A stretch of 64,000 nucleotides of DNA from Mobula birostris. Lineage: Eukaryota. A program made the translations under genes and the position numbers. Every line of letters starts with the position of its first letter. Within the stretch, counting starts at the first letter, position 1. Below are positions 24,985 through 39,066 of the stretch, piece after piece. The notes under the pieces are model-generated. The model did no database searches. It was not told the origin of the DNA and saw only the letters and a program-made list of their open reading frames with translations. The DNA lies in NCBI RefSeq assembly GCF_030028105.1, contig NC_092382.1, positions 42,440,246 to 42,504,245 of the forward strand, written 5' to 3'.

Positions 24985-26900
24985 AGAGAACAAAGAACAT
25001 AGAAGAATACAGCATTGGAACAGGCCCTTCGGTCAACAATATTGTGCCGAACTGGAAAGTAAATGAACCAAACCCCCCGCCAACCGAATCCCTCTTACTT
25101 ACACAATGCCCATATTCTTCCGTCTTCCTCACAATCACAGAGTTTCCTATCTTACCATCTCCTAAAACCTCTGATGTATTTGCCTGTACCACCACGCCAG
25201 ACAGCACAGTCCAAACATTCACCACTCTCTGGATTAAAAGTTACCCCTCACATCGCCTTCGAACATACCCTCTCTCATCTACAATCCATGACCTCTGTTA
25301 TCAGATATATATACCCTGGGAAAAAGAAACTGCCTGTGTACTCTATCTGCGCCTCTCACAATTCCCAGTCAGCTTCCTTCGCTCCAAAGCAAACAAAAGT
25401 TGTCGTGTCTAATGTTAGCACATGGCTTTTAAACCAGGCAGCATCCTGATAATCCTCTTCTGCTCTCTACCCAAACCCTCAACATCCTTCCTACGGTGGC
25501 ATGACTAGAATTATATGCAATACTCCAGATTTTCATAAATTTACAACATAACCTATTGCCATTTGTACTAAATATCTTAACTAATAAAAGCAAACATTGC
25601 ATAAGCTTCCTTAACCACCTTATCGACCTTTGTAACTGTTTCCGAGGTGCTATGTACTTGGACTTCAAGATCTCTCTAAGCAGGAAAATAATTAAGGGTT
25701 TTTTTTCAATAGCAGAGTACTTGCTCCTCGCATTTGCCCGACCAAGGTGCAACATTCCAAATTCATCAGGGTTAAACCCCTTCTACCATTTTTTCTGTCT
25801 GTATCTGCAACTGATCAATGTTGTGCTGTACGTTTTGCAAGTTTTTTCTAAACTATCCACAACTCCACAAATCTAGGTATCATCCAAAAACTTACTAACA
25901 AATCTGTCGACATTTGCATCCCGCTTATTTATTCACATCACGAACAGAAGGGGTCCCAGCCCAGATCCCTGCTGAGCTTCCCTAATTAGAACTCCAGATT
26001 CAAAAAGGCCCTTCAGCAACTAATTCTCTCTTGTAAGAAACTAACGTGAGACTCACGTGTAAATAGTTTCCAGCATTTCTCTTTTTTCCCCTTTTCATGT
26101 AGATGTAAAATGTTAGCCAGTATTCAGTCCTCTAGGATCTCTCACGTGGCTAGGGAGGAGATATTTGCCAAGGACCGTGCAATTCCGTCTCTTTCTTCCT
26201 TCTCTAACCTGTGGAAATTCCATCAGGTCCTGGAGACTTATCCACCTGAAAACTCATTCGGAGGCCCAACACTTCCTTCTCCTACTTCACCTCTAAACAC
26301 CTAACATATTTATACACTGAGCTCCGATCTGTTGCTCCTCCATGTCTTTTACCTTGACAAATACGGAAGCAAAATACTCAGTGAATACGTCACTTACATT
26401 TTCCGCATTGAAGCAAACATAGCCTTCCCTAGCTCCCCAAAGTGAAATGATTATACACTGTCCATAGTTAGTCATTTGCTGTTGATGTTTCTATTGAATA
26501 CTGCTTAATTAAATTCACTTTAATCCTGCTTGCCAGGGACTTTTCACGTCCCCTTTTGGTTTTCCTCGTTCGCATTTTTCGTTCTTTACTGGCTTCGTTA
26601 TACTCTCGATTTCCACCGTTTGATCCGAACTTAGGGAGCTTTACATACGTTTGCTTTTTCACTCCAACACCTCCTCTCGCTGGAGTGTGCACGTTTGGAT
26701 TTAATAAAGCATCCTGGATACATTTAATACATTCTCCCCGTCTATTACTCGCACTGAGAATGTACATTTTTGTATCGGGGAAGTTGAAGATCCCCATGAG
26801 ATCAAACTTGTAATTTTACACATGTTGTTATTCACATTACATGGCTGTTCATTAATGTTCTAGCAGCTATTGCAGAGCCTGTAGTGCAAACCAATCAGTG
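24985..26900 (-). mobile_element. Old CR1 LINE fragments
   Basis: Antisense 3' tail 'agaacatagaagaatacagc'; minus ORFs LHLGRANARSKY, VFTEYFASVF and MGIFNFPD. Confidence 0.7.
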
Positions 26901-27619
26901 TGATCGTACGCTTTCTATTCCAGAAGCCTCCGTCGTCACGCTACTCCTCCAAGAACTGATAAAGTGTGACTGCTGCATTGTGTGTGTCTGTGTGAGAGGG
27001 CAGATAAGCTGGGCCGGTGCCCCAGCGAACCGCAGTAGGGCTCCACGGTTTGGAGCAAACGGAGGAAAGGAGTTTGGTGGAAAATTTGAACTTGATGTTG
27101 AAGCTGGAGGGTCAACTTGTTCAAAGGGAAGGTAGTTTGATGTCCCGGTGCTGCCTCTGAGCATATCGGGAAGGGATCAGTGTTGAGTGTCAGTGAGATG
27201 TGGATTGTGGGTGACAATTAACTTCACGATGTCGGAGCATTAATTATTTTTCTTATTTTTCCACCCTCTCCATCAGGTTATCGTATTACTTCAGCTTGAA
27301 GCAGTCAAGGTAAGTGGCATCCGAATGCTCTGTCCGTGATTGCGTTAGTTAATGAACCAGAGACGTTACAGTACCAGCCTTGTGCTCATGCACGGTCGGG
27401 CGGGGAGCGAAGCGGCGAGAAAGAGAAGAAACTCTCCTCACTTTGCTCTTTCAAGGGAAGGAACGGTTTTGAACAGCTTCCTTCGGCTCCTGTAATGTCT
27501 CCACGACCCCGGTGTGGTCACTGATCTCTGTCCCTACCCTGAGCTCCTGAAACATTGCCCAGGCATGATCCTCCCTATTATAAACTGTGCGGACCATCCT
27601 AGTTTATCCTGTACATAGA

Positions 27620-28945
27620 TAAGAAAACACTGAACAGTGCAGGTTTTTGCAGCCCCTTTGGTCCTTGATGTTTTAGCGCCTCTAAACTTGTTCTCCGACA
27701 AAGCCGTCTATTTCTCCGTTATCCGTGTGCTAAGAAATTCTCTGAATTGATCCTAATGCATGTGTCTATACCACCACCATTGATACTGCGTTTCACACAC
27801 TCACTACTATGCGTAAAAACACACTTTTGGCAGCCCCTATACATTACCAAAAAATCGCTTTAAAATTCCCTCCCCTTTTCAGATGTTTCCAATCTGGGGT
27901 GTAGCACAATTTCTCAGTGTGGTTTAACTCGAGTTTTATAGAGCTGCAACATTACCTCGCGGCTATTGAACTCGTTCCCCGGGCGGCTTATCCTAAACCA
28001 TCCATAGACACTCTGAACCATTCTATTTAATGGCGCGGAAACATTAAGGGATAATGGACGTCAACGTTGAAAGTGCTTCTGCTCTTCAATATTTTCAATT
28101 ACAGTAAACTGTCATTAACCATGGATTCTGCAAACAAATACGGCCTTTCAAAGTGTAATTCTTCACTCTTCCCATACTCAACTTGACTTGCCATTTCTCA
28201 ACCCAGCTCTGCATCTATCAATGCCCAGTTTGTAACTTGAGATAACCCAGCACATGATCCATAACAGCATCCATGTTTTGCCTGTTTACTATGTCTATCC
28301 ATTTCCTCATCCAACTCATTTGTAAAATTCAGAAAATCAAGGAGTCACAGAACAGATCGCTACGGATCACAGCATCTCATTGACCTCCAGGTGCAATAAT
28401 CTCCAACTGCTAGCCCACTGTCTCTTGGGCATGCCAGTCCTACCTACACAGACAAGATTCTCTGGATCCCCTATCACATGACTTTCTGAGTGGGCCAACA
28501 ATGAGGAATCTTATTAAACATCTTAATAAAATTCATGTATACACCATCCTCCTACAAACCATTAACGTGGTTTGCAGCATCAGAAAGAATTCAATCACGT
28601 TCTTGAGACATGACCTGCACCTGGCAAGACCATGCTGACCATCTCTAATCAGACTCTATTTCTTCAAATGCCTGTATATACTGCCTGGATATCTACTGGA
28701 GCATTTTACACACAATGGCATAAGCTTTACTGTTCTATGATTCCCGCCATTATCCCCATTAGATTCTTTGAACAAAAAATAAACATTTACTCCTTGAAAT
28801 CCGTCGGTACGACTGAAGAGGACAGTAGGACGCAAAGTCCATCGCCAAAAGCGCCTAAAGACCTTACTGCTCTTCCCTTAGAAAACTGGAGTAAATATTC
28901 CCCGGCACCAGAGACTTAACTATCCTCAGGTTCTTGAAAGGATTC
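27620..28945 (-). mobile_element. Old CR1 LINE fragments
   Basis: Decayed antisense RT and 3' end, similar to 13350-14900. Confidence 0.6.
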
Positions 28946-28949
28946 AGCT

Positions 28950-31900
28950 CATAAGACCAGAAGATACAGGAGCAGATTCGGACCATCGAGTCTGCTCCGC
29001 CGTTCAATCATGGCCTGATCCAATTCTTCCAGTCATCCCCTTTCGCCCGGTTTCACCCCATACCCTTTGACGCCCTGGTTAATCAAGAACCTATCTATCA
29101 CTGCCTTAAATACTCCCAACGACTTTGCCTCCACAGTCGCTGGTGGCGACAAATTCCACAGATTTACCACCCTCTGACTGAAGTAATTTGTCCGCATCTC
29201 AGTTCTCAAAGGATGTCCTTCAATCCTGAAATCGTGCCCTATTTTCCTGGAGTCCCTTACCATGGGAAATAACTTTGCCATATCTTTTCACGCCTTTTAA
29301 AATTCGGAATGTTTCTCCGAGATCCCACCTCATTCTCCTGAGCTCAAGGGAATACAGCCGAAGAGCTGCCAGACGTTCCTCATGCGGTAACCCTTTCATT
29401 CCTGGAATCATTCTTGTGCAGCTTCTCTGAACCTTCTCCAATGTCAGAATATATTTCTGAAATAATGAGTCCAAAACTGCCCAAAATACTCCAAGTGTGG
29501 TCTCACGAGTGCCTTATAGAGCCTCAACATCACATCCCTGCTCTTATATTCCAAGTGAAGTGAGGTACAATAATAGCAGGGGTGTTGTGGTGGGAAATTT
29601 TAATTTCCCAGATATTGATTGGCATCTTCCTAGAGTGAAGGATTTAGATGGGATGGAGTTGTGTGTTGAGGAAGGGTTCTTGACACAATATGTAGATAAG
29701 CCTACCAGAGGAGAGGTTGTACTTATTCAGGTATTGGGAAATGAAACTGGTCAGTTGTCAAGTATCACAGTGGAAGTGCATTTTGGAGCTAGTCATCACA
29801 ATTCTCTCTCCTTTACCACAGCATTGTGGAGGGATAGAAACAGACAAGTTAGGGAAAGGTTTGATTGGACAAGGCGAAATATGAGGCTATCAGGCAGGAA
29901 AATGGAAGCATAAATTGTAAAAAAAAAAAGTTCTCAGGGAAACGTACGGAAGAATTCGGGAAAATGTTCAAGGGATATTTTCGTGGGGTCCTACAGAGGT
30001 ACGTTTCAATGAGACAGGGAAAGGATGGTAGGATACAGGAACCGTGGTGTACAAAGACAGTTATACTTCTAGTCAAGAAGAAAAGGAGAACTTACGAAAG
30101 GTTCAAAAACTAGACCGTGATTGAGATCTAGAAAATTGTAAGGCTAGCAGGAATGAGCTTAAGAATGAAATTCGGAGAGACGGAAAAAGCCATGAGAAGG
30201 CCTTGTGGGAAAGGATTAAGGAAAACCCCAAGGCACTGAACAAGTATGTGAAGAGCAAGAAGATAAGTCGTGAGATAATAGGACTAATCAAGTGTGACAG
30301 TGGAAAAACTAGTATGAAACAGGAGAAGACGGTTGAGGTACTTAACGAATACTTTGCTTCACTATGGAAAAGGATCTTGACGATTGTAGGGATGACTTGC
30401 AGCCGACTGAAAAGCTTGAGCATGTAGTTGTTAAGGAAGACGATGTACTGGAACTTTTGGAAAGATCAAGTTGGATAAGTCACCGGGACCCGAAGGAATG
30501 CACCCCAGGCTACTGTGGGAAGCGAGGGAGGAGATTGATGAGCCTCTGGGGATGATCTTTGCATCATCAATGACGGCGAGAGAGGTTTCGGAGGATTGGA
30601 CAGCTGCGGGTGTTGTTCCCTTATTCAAGAAAGGGAGGTGAGATAGCCCAGGAGATTATAGACCAGTGAGTCTTACATTAGTGGTTGGTAAACTTATAGG
30701 GAAGATCCTAAGAGGCAGGATTTATGAACATTTGGAGAGGCATAATATGATTAGGAGTAGTCAGCATGCCGTTGTCAGCATGTCGTTGCCTTACGAGCCT
30801 GATTGAATGTTTTGAGGATGTTATTCAACCCATTGATGAAGGTATAACCGTAGCTGTAGTGTGTATGGATTTCAGCAAGGCATTTTAATAGGGTATCCCA
30901 TGCAAGGCTTATTGAGAAAGTAGGTAGACATGAGATCCAAGGGGATTTTTCTTTATGAATCCAGAACTGGCTTACCCACAGAAGAGAAAGAGTGGTTGTA
31001 GACGGGTCATATTCTCCATGGAAGTCGTTGAACAGTGGTTTGCCTCAGGGACCCCTACTCTTCGTGATTTTTATAAATGACCTGGATGTGGAAGTGGAGG
31101 GATGGGTTAGTAAATTTGCTGATGACACGAATGTTGGGGTTGTTGTGGATCTTGTAGAGGGCTGTCACAGCGGGACCGTGATAGGATTCAAAACTGGGCT
31201 GAGAATTGGCAGATGGAGTTCAACCCAGATAAGTGTGAGGTGGTATATTTTGGTAGGTTAATAATGATGGCAGAATATTGCATTGACAGTAAGACTCTTG
31301 GCAATGTGAAGGATTCGAGGGATCTTGGGTTCCAAGTCCATAAGACACTCAAAGCTGCTACGTTGGTTGACTGTGCGGTTGAGAAGGCATACAATGTATT
31401 GGCCGTGTGTTTAAGTGCCGAGAGGTAATGTTGCAGCTATATAGGACCCTGGTCAGATTCCACTTGGAGTACTGTGCTCAATTTCGGTAGCCTCACTACA
31501 GGAAGGACCTGGAAACCATAGAAAGGATGCAGAGGAATATTATAATGAGGTTGCCTTCATTGGGAGCATGCCTGATGAGAATCAATTGAGGAAACTGGGG
31601 CCTTTTCTCATTGGAGCGACAGAGGATGAGAGATGACCATATAGAGGTGTACAGGATAATGAGAGGCATTGGTCATGTGGATAGTCAGAGGCTGTTTCCC
31701 AGTAGTGAAGTGGCTAGTACGAGAGGACATAGTTTTAGGGTGTTTTTAAGTAGGGACAGAGGAGATGTCAGGGGTATTTTTTTATGCAGAGAGTGGCGAG
31801 TGTGTGGAATAGGCAGCCGGCGGCGGTGGTGGAGAGGGAACCGATAGGGTCTTTTAAAAGGCTCCTGGATAGGTACATGGGGCTTCGAAAAAATACAGAG

Positions 31901-34130
31901 CTATGGGTAAGCCTAGGAGGTTCTAAGGTAAGGACATGTTCGGCACAGCTTTGTGGGCCGAAGGACCTATATCGTGCTGCAGGTTTTCTATGATTCTGTG
32001 TTTCTGTGCCTCGAGAAATGATGCCAACATAGCAATCGCCTTGATTAACAACCGACTCAATCTGGAGGTTAACCTTTACGGTGTCCTGCACATGAGGTCC
32101 CAATTCCCTTGCAGCTCTGCATTTTGAATTCTTTCCCGATCGAAATAATAGTCTGTCCGTTTATTTCTTCCACGAAAGTGCAAGTCCATAAACTTTCGAA
32201 CATTGTATTTCATTTGCCAATACTTTGCCAATTCTCCTAAACTACCCGCTCCTCCACCTATCCTGGTATCATTGGCAAATTTGGCCATAAATCCATTAAT
32301 ACTGGAGTCAAAATCATTAACGTGCATCGTAAAAAGTAACGGTCCCAACAGTGACAACTGTGGAGCTCCATTGGTAACCCGTAGCCAACCAAAATACGAT
32401 CCCCTCATTCCACTCTCTGTTTTCTATCGATCAGACTAGTAACCAAGCTAGTAACTTCCCTGTAGTTCCATTGGCTCTTATCTTGCGAAACAGACTCATG
32501 TGCGGCACCTTGTCAAAGTCCTTTTGAACATCCAAGTACACTACGTCTACTGCATCTCCTTTGTCTACGCTGCTTTTAATTTCCTCAAAGAATTGCAGTA
32601 TGTTTGTCAGGCAGGATTTTCCTTTCAGGAAACCATGCTGGCTTTACCTTTCTTGTCATGTGCCTTCACGTACTCCGTAATCTCATCCCGGACAATCAAT
32701 TCCAACAACTTCCCAACCACTGATGTCATGCTAACAGGTCTATAGTTTCCTTTCTGCTGCCTCCCACCCTTCCTATATAAAGGAGTAACATTTGCAATCT
32801 TCCAGTCATCCGCTACCATGCCAGGATCTATCGATTCTTGAAAGATCATCGTTAATGCCTCCGTATTCTCTCCAGCTACTTCTTTCAGAACACGGGTGTG
32901 CAATCCATCAGGTCCAGGAGATTTATCCACCCTCAGACCATTAAACTTCCTGAGCACCTTTTCAGTCGTAATTTTCACAGCACGTGCTTCATTTCCCTGA
33001 CACTCGTGAATGTTCGGTATACTGCTGACTCTTCCATTGTGAACACTGATGCAAAATACGCATTCAGTTCCTCTGCCATCTCTACATCTCTCATTGCAGT
33101 ATCTCCGGCGTCATTTTGTATTGATCCTATTTCTGCCCTCGACTCTCTTTTACCCTTAATGTACAATAACCAGCTTTTGGTATCTCCTTTGATATTAGTC
33201 TCCAGCTTCCTCTTGTAATTCATCTTTTCCTTCTTAATGACCTTCGTAGTTTACTTCCGCAAGTTTTTTAAAGCTTCCCAATGCTCGAACTTCCCACTAG
33301 CTGCGGCTTTATTTTATGGCCCGTCTTTTGCCTTTACATCGGCTCTGACTCTACTTGCCAGCCACGGTACTGCCCTTCTTCTTTCTGAAATTTCTTCTTC
33401 TTTGTCTTTCCTTCAAAAGTCTCTTTCCAGTCAACTTCGTCCAGTTTCCCTTCCATGCCATTGCAATATCCTTTATTCCATTGGAATTCCACACATTAGA
33501 TTTTATTTTCCCTCTCAAATATCAATATGAACTCGATCATATTGCGATCACTGTTCCCTAATGGTTCCTTAACCTTGTGCTCTCTTACCACCTCTAATCA
33601 TTGCATAACACCCAATCCAGCACAGCCGATCCGCTAGTTGGCTCAGCAGCAAACGGTTTCTAAAATGCTATCCCTTAAACATTCTACAAATTCTCTCTCG
33701 AGGTTCAGTACTGACCCAGTTTTCCCAATCCATTTTCATGTTAAAATCCGCAACGATTATCATGACATTGCCTTTCTGACATGAGTCTTCTATCTCCTGC
33801 TGTAATTTGTAAACCACATTCCGGCTGCTGTTTGGAGGCCTGTATACAACTGCCATTAATGTCCTTTTACCCTTGCTATTTCTTAACTCAACCCATGGAG
33901 ACTCTACGCCTTCCAATCCTATGTCACCTCTTTCCAATGATTTAATATTATTTCTTATACACAGAGCTACAGCACCCCCCCTGCCTACTAACCTATCTTT
34001 CCGATATACCTTATATCCTTGGAGGTTCATATCCCGATGGCAGCCATCCCTTAGCCAAGTTTCAGAGATAACCTCAACGTCATATTGGCCAATCTGCAGC
34101 TGAATTGTCAGATCGTCCATTCTATGCACT
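28950..34130 (-). mobile_element. CR1 LINE (minus; 28950-29552 and 32010-34130) interrupted by a plus-strand CR1
   Basis: Motifs YDVEVISETWL..DRLVGRGGAVAL, GNYRPVSMTSVVGK and LGPLLF..KFANDT. The host sequence 'ctcttatattcc...cctcgagaaatg' rejoins across the insert. Confidence 0.9.
29555..32008 (+). mobile_element. 5'-truncated CR1 LINE nested in the opposite orientation
   Basis: Motifs VVVGNFNFPDIDW and PQGPLLFVIFINDLD..KFADDT; tail 'ttttctatgattctgtgtttctgtg'. Same subfamily as 13350-17270. Confidence 0.9.
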
Positions 34131-34339
34131 CATCCTACTTAACATCGACCTGTTCAAGCATATCAGCCTGTTATAGTTGTGCTCACATTAGTCAAGGTCT
34201 TTTTTGAATCATGAATACTGAGAGAAATATTCATTAAGGACCTTTCCTACCTCTCCGACACCAGGCTCTGTTATTCCTGAATAGTCCTGTCGTGACACAT
34301 GTAATCCTTCCGTTCCCCACATCCGTGGAAAACACCTTG

Positions 34340-35900
34340 GATATTTAGTCTCCTTGCTGGCGATATTTTTGCCCTGTCTGATCGTAGATCCCATGCTCTC
34401 TAACGGTAGGAATGCGTTTCTCAGCGCATCTGTGCCGCCGGCTCTCCACACTCAGCCGGCCAAGCACTGCCGATTTTTGGGGCCGGTTCTCTGCTGATGA
34501 GGACGATCCCGTCAATAAAGGGACAGCGGTTGCACTCAGGAAGTTTCCCCTCACCTTTCTCTTACACCTTTCAGTGCGGAGATCTGGTTCGTTGCCACTG
34601 GCAGAGCGGATTGCCCACGCATGTGAGGACGACGGAAATTGCTTTGGATCCCCCCACCTTGCTTCGTATCAATCACCGCTTTCGGCACGCACTCCGCTAA
34701 TAACGCATTCCCATACCGTTATTCAGTAATCAAAGCACTGGCCTATTCACCCAGCCTGGCCTCGGCACCCGATAACCAACACGTAACCGATCATCACCGA
34801 CCCCCACAGTAACCGCAATGTGGCTGGCTGAGGAGCCCAGTTCTAGGACTTCCGGCCACCATGATCCTCCACTGACCCAAGAACATCGGGCCGCGTTGAT
34901 AAGGGAAGCAGCCTTGAGAAAACTTTGTCCATGTTGGTGTGGGGCGCCGCGTCACGGTGAACATTCAGATGAGTCCTTCCCCGGGCTCTTTTGCATTCCT
35001 GGTGAAAGAGTGAGATTGGAAATACATCAAAAACCGCGGGCCACGCAGGTTGACGCTTGGGGTTGGAGGGGATGTCTGTGTCTCCTCGGGGAACGCACTG
35101 GGGAAGATGAAGGCCACAGACCACTTCTGTCTGGCCGCACGGGTTGTCGGCGCTGGAGCGTTACAGACACTGGGCAGAACAGGCAGTGGACGTTCGATAT
35201 GATCCACCTCCTGTCTGCATGTAACTGCAATAATTCTCCTGTGCTCTGATTATGGGAAGGGGTTAAAGTTTTCCGGTGTTCACACTCTCTGGTATCGATA
35301 CTGACTATACACTATCCCGCTGATCGCTGTCCCGCCGTCGTATAACCGTTAATCCATCCAGCTGCATGACTCAATAAAACTGACGCTGTTTGCATTAAAC
35401 TGGTCTCCGTCTCTTGCTGAAAGCTCGCTGCGTTCGGTACCGGCGGGCCATTAGGAAGGTCTGTGCAGCCCCACCGGACGCATAGAGCAGCCTGCTCCCA
35501 GAGTAGACAATGCAGTGGCCTGAAACAGCTCAACCCAATTCCCTCCCAATGCCGAGTCACTCTGAGGCAACTGCAAGCTGCTGGTGAAGCCGCCTGGAGT
35601 GTGAGGGTGAGGAAATGGTGCGGCACACCGACGCAGGGACTGTCACCAGTGGTATTACTCTCTTGGGTCCGATAGGCAAAACGAACTCCCGTCGGTATGA
35701 TATCACTTGGCGTGGAAGTACTCTGGTCTGAAGCGATGGCTGAGGTGGGCAGACTGCAGGTGGGTGTTAGCCGGGTGACGGACAGGGTCTCCCCTACTCC
35801 GGGCAGACGGTTTTCCTACGCTTCTCCCCCTCCAATCCCAGGGCTGTAAATCACCACGGGGCGCGTCACTGAACCCCTATCGCTCGGAGACAGTAACACC
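34340..35900. promoter_or_regulatory. CpG/GC-rich non-repeat island, possible promoter or 5' exons
   Basis: Visibly richer in CpG than the flanks, with no recognisable retroelement protein motifs. Splice-like signals occur on the minus strand. Confidence 0.4.
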
Positions 35901-36329
35901 AGAGATGGAAGACATGGCAGTTGGGTGTGTGGGAATCAGGGACATTAATGGTCACGGTGGGGAGTGGAGCATTCACTGCAGGACAAGCAGAAGGATGCCG
36001 AGTGTGAGGGTGGGAGGAGGGATAAATGACTGGTCGGTGGAGAGAAACGTTTGACACCAAAGTAAGGGTCGTTGAGGGTGGGTAGAGGGTGGCATTTCTG
36101 GAGGTGAGTATAGAGGTGACTCGTGCGGATAGATGGCTTACAGAGAGAATGGCCATCGAGCTTTCGGGGGACGGGGGAAGGGGCGTGGAGGAGAACGCAT
36201 TCAGCAGTAGGCTTAATATCACAGTCCGATGTTTGGAATTTGTTGTTTTACGGCAGTCGTTCAGTAAAATAAATACTGAAATATGTTCCTAAAATAAGTG
36301 TTTTAAGGTAAATATGTAGTTCTTAAACA

Positions 36330-36590
36330 GAGGGTAAATATTAAGGTCGTGTAGAGGGGTACATTGTCCATTTAGAAATCTGGTGCTGGAGGAAAATAAA
36401 CTTCCTGAAACTTGGTGTGTGGGGCCTCAGACACCGTCAATTCTTCATTGACGGCAGCAATGAGAAGAGGGCATGTCCAGGATTGAATATCTTTAATGAT
36501 GGATGCCCCATTTCTAATCATCTATTTTCGAAGATGTCTTCGATGTCTGAGAGGCTGGTTCCCGTGATGCACTTGGCTGAGATTTCTGCG
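36330..36590 (-). mobile_element. Decayed Rex1/Babar 3' fragment
   Basis: Antisense of the GHALFSLLPS..R...HT..F..SL region (cf. 2195-2610). Confidence 0.55.
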
Positions 36591-36799
36591 GGTTTTTATT
36601 AATATATATTTTCTGTGGAAATGATGGAAGTTCCGCCGGGTGATAATTGAAAGTTCAGGGAAGAGTTGCGGTTTTGGGAGGTTCGCCGCCCGTTAACACA
36701 TGAGGGGCGCGGAAGTAAACGCAGACTGTAACCCTCAGTACACCGATTTCCCGACCAGTGGATGTCCTGTTTTCTGTTTTCATCTCGCAACCTAACATT

Positions 36800-37450
36800 T
36801 CTCTTCAGTACCACTTTATCTTTTCTGTCGATATCATTGGTACTGATAGCACTGCCTACTGTTCCACGTCAGAATATTATGGTTCCGATCTGAGACATCC
36901 CTGATCCTGGCAGCTGAGAGTCAACATATCATCTAGGAGTCTCTATCGCGCCTGCAGAATCTCGACTCTGCTCCTCGGACGTTTCAATCTCCTTCAAACC
37001 CTGTAGTCCTCTTCAATACTCTTCGTTTGTGAGCAGCAGCCGCAGATTCAGTGCCAGAAACCGGGCCACAGCGACCCCCGCCCCTTTCTTGTAGGCAGTC
37101 ATCAACGGTATTTACAGTGTCTTAATAGAGAGGGGAAAGGGCACAGAAAACTCCGCACTGGCTCCCGTTTCCTTTCCTTCTGCTGACAAAAACCCAGTTG
37201 CCTCCCTCCTGCAATCTAGAGACGCCGGCCTCCCTGCAGCTCCTACCTGTCCACAGTCGCTTTTGTGAGCCAAAATTCACCGAGCGACAGCGCCAGTTGC
37301 TTAATGTGTTCACGGGGGAGCCACAGCTCGATGTTTCTGATGCTAATTTGGTTATCCGGAAGACCATATCTGAAGCACGGAACAAAACTCTGCCACTGGA
37401 GACATTCTCTCTGCACCACTGTACCCTCATGGACGAGGAATGAAAAATTA
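36800..37450 (-). mobile_element. CR1 ORF1 (esterase-like) fragment
   Basis: Antisense of VRGAESRFCRRDRDS..IRDVSDR (cf. 20777-21022). Confidence 0.65.
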
Positions 37451-37885
37451 GGGAGAAAAAGAGAAATCGATCAGGTAATTAGTTCACCTAAACCTGATCT
37501 CGCGGAGCCTGGTGATCCAAAGCCACTCCAAACACTGGCCCACTCGCAACAATGCCCTTTCCCAGAATGGCCGCCCCGCAAAATTATGCTATTTTCACTC
37601 AACATTTCTGATGAATCCCGCTCAACTATTGGCCTCAGTCCAACTCCGAAAAGTTCTGTCTTTTAAAACTTGAGAGTGGACCTGATAGAAAAGATCACAG
37701 TCAAAATCTGAAATGCTCCCGCGAAGTTCCACCTTTTAAATCATGAACGCGCACCTGATTGTAATGGTAACTCAAAGTTTTCACACTGTTTCGTAAAATC
37801 ACCAAGTTCAGCTTCTCCACTACCACATTACCTTGTTCTCGACGACAGTCAGGGTTGGGAGGTGCTGTTCCGCACAGCATGTCTG

Positions 37886-38207
37886 NNNNNNNNNNNNNNN
37901 NNNNNNNNNNNNNNNNNNNNNNNNNNNNNNNNNNNNNNNNNNNNNNNNNNNNNNNNNNNNNNNNNNNNNNNNNNNNNNNNNNNNNNNNNNNNNNNNNNNN
38001 NNNNNNNNNNNNNNNNNNNNNNNNNNNNNNNNNNNNNNNNNNNNNNNNNNNNNNNNNNNNNNNNNNNNNNNNNNNNNNNNNNNNNNNNNNNNNNNNNNNN
38101 NNNNNNNNNNNNNNNNNNNNNNNNNNNNNNNNNNNNNNNNNNNNNNNNNNNNNNNNNNNNNNNNNNNNNNNNNNNNNNNNNNNNNNNNNNNNNNNNNNNN
38201 NNNNNNN
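37886..38207. other. Assembly gap (N run)
   Basis: Run of N bases. Confidence 1.
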
Positions 38208-39066
38208 CATAAGCCGACAGAACCGCGTGTCAGGATTGCAGTGAGGCACTCTGGGATATTGCGGGCAAAGCGAGGCGAGAGGAGCGGTGGCCCCTCAATA
38301 TTCCTGGATGCCATACGACCATAAGGCCATGTGATGTAGAGGCAGAATTTGGCCATTCCGTCCAGCGAGACGACTTCGCAATTTCTTTCCCGCTGATCCA
38401 TTACCCTTTCAGCCTCAGACTCGTGCCTTCTCCCCATCATCCTTTATATGTTTATAAACTCTTGTCTTGAATATTCTCAATTTCCAGCCGCCTGTGGCAA
38501 CGCAGTCTAGAGGTTCATTTCTCGGCCTATATACAATCCTCTTCTTCTGCATTCTAAATAGTTGGCCCTGTGCTCTGAGGTTTCGTCTTCTGGTCCGAAA
38601 TTCCCCCAGCGCGGGAACGTCCTCGCCAGATAAACTCCATCGAGTCCTTTTAGCATCCGACAGGTCTAATGGCTCCATGTATTATCAGAGAATGTACATC
38701 CTGAAATTCTTGTTCTTCGCATACATCCTCGAAACAGAAGAAAACCCTGGAAAAATAATGAACCACGAAAAATATCACCAGCCCCATCTCCCGCCCCACC
38801 CCCTCACTTGCTCCTTCAGGAAGCATCAGGGCTGACCACCCAACAAACAAACAAGTAACAGCAAACCCCACGAAGAGTGACGGAGGTCAACAAACCTATT
38901 AATCACCTGGTAATATCGGCATGTCTCATGTTCTCAATCTTACAAACAGAGAGAGGTTTCACCCCTTTCCACAGAGAGAGAAGAATAAAACAAACGTCAC
39001 GTATCAGGATTTTCTGAGGATTTGATGGCCAGCGTTAGAGAGAATAATTCAATAGATTTAGTCTCA

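Noticed and set aside
35900-36230. Possible very old PLE RT fragment (minus)
   Set aside because: Only a faint resemblance; I could not read any motif with confidence.
37701-38440. Long ORFs spanning poly-X
   Set aside because: Artefacts of the N gap; the same applies to 48564-48923.
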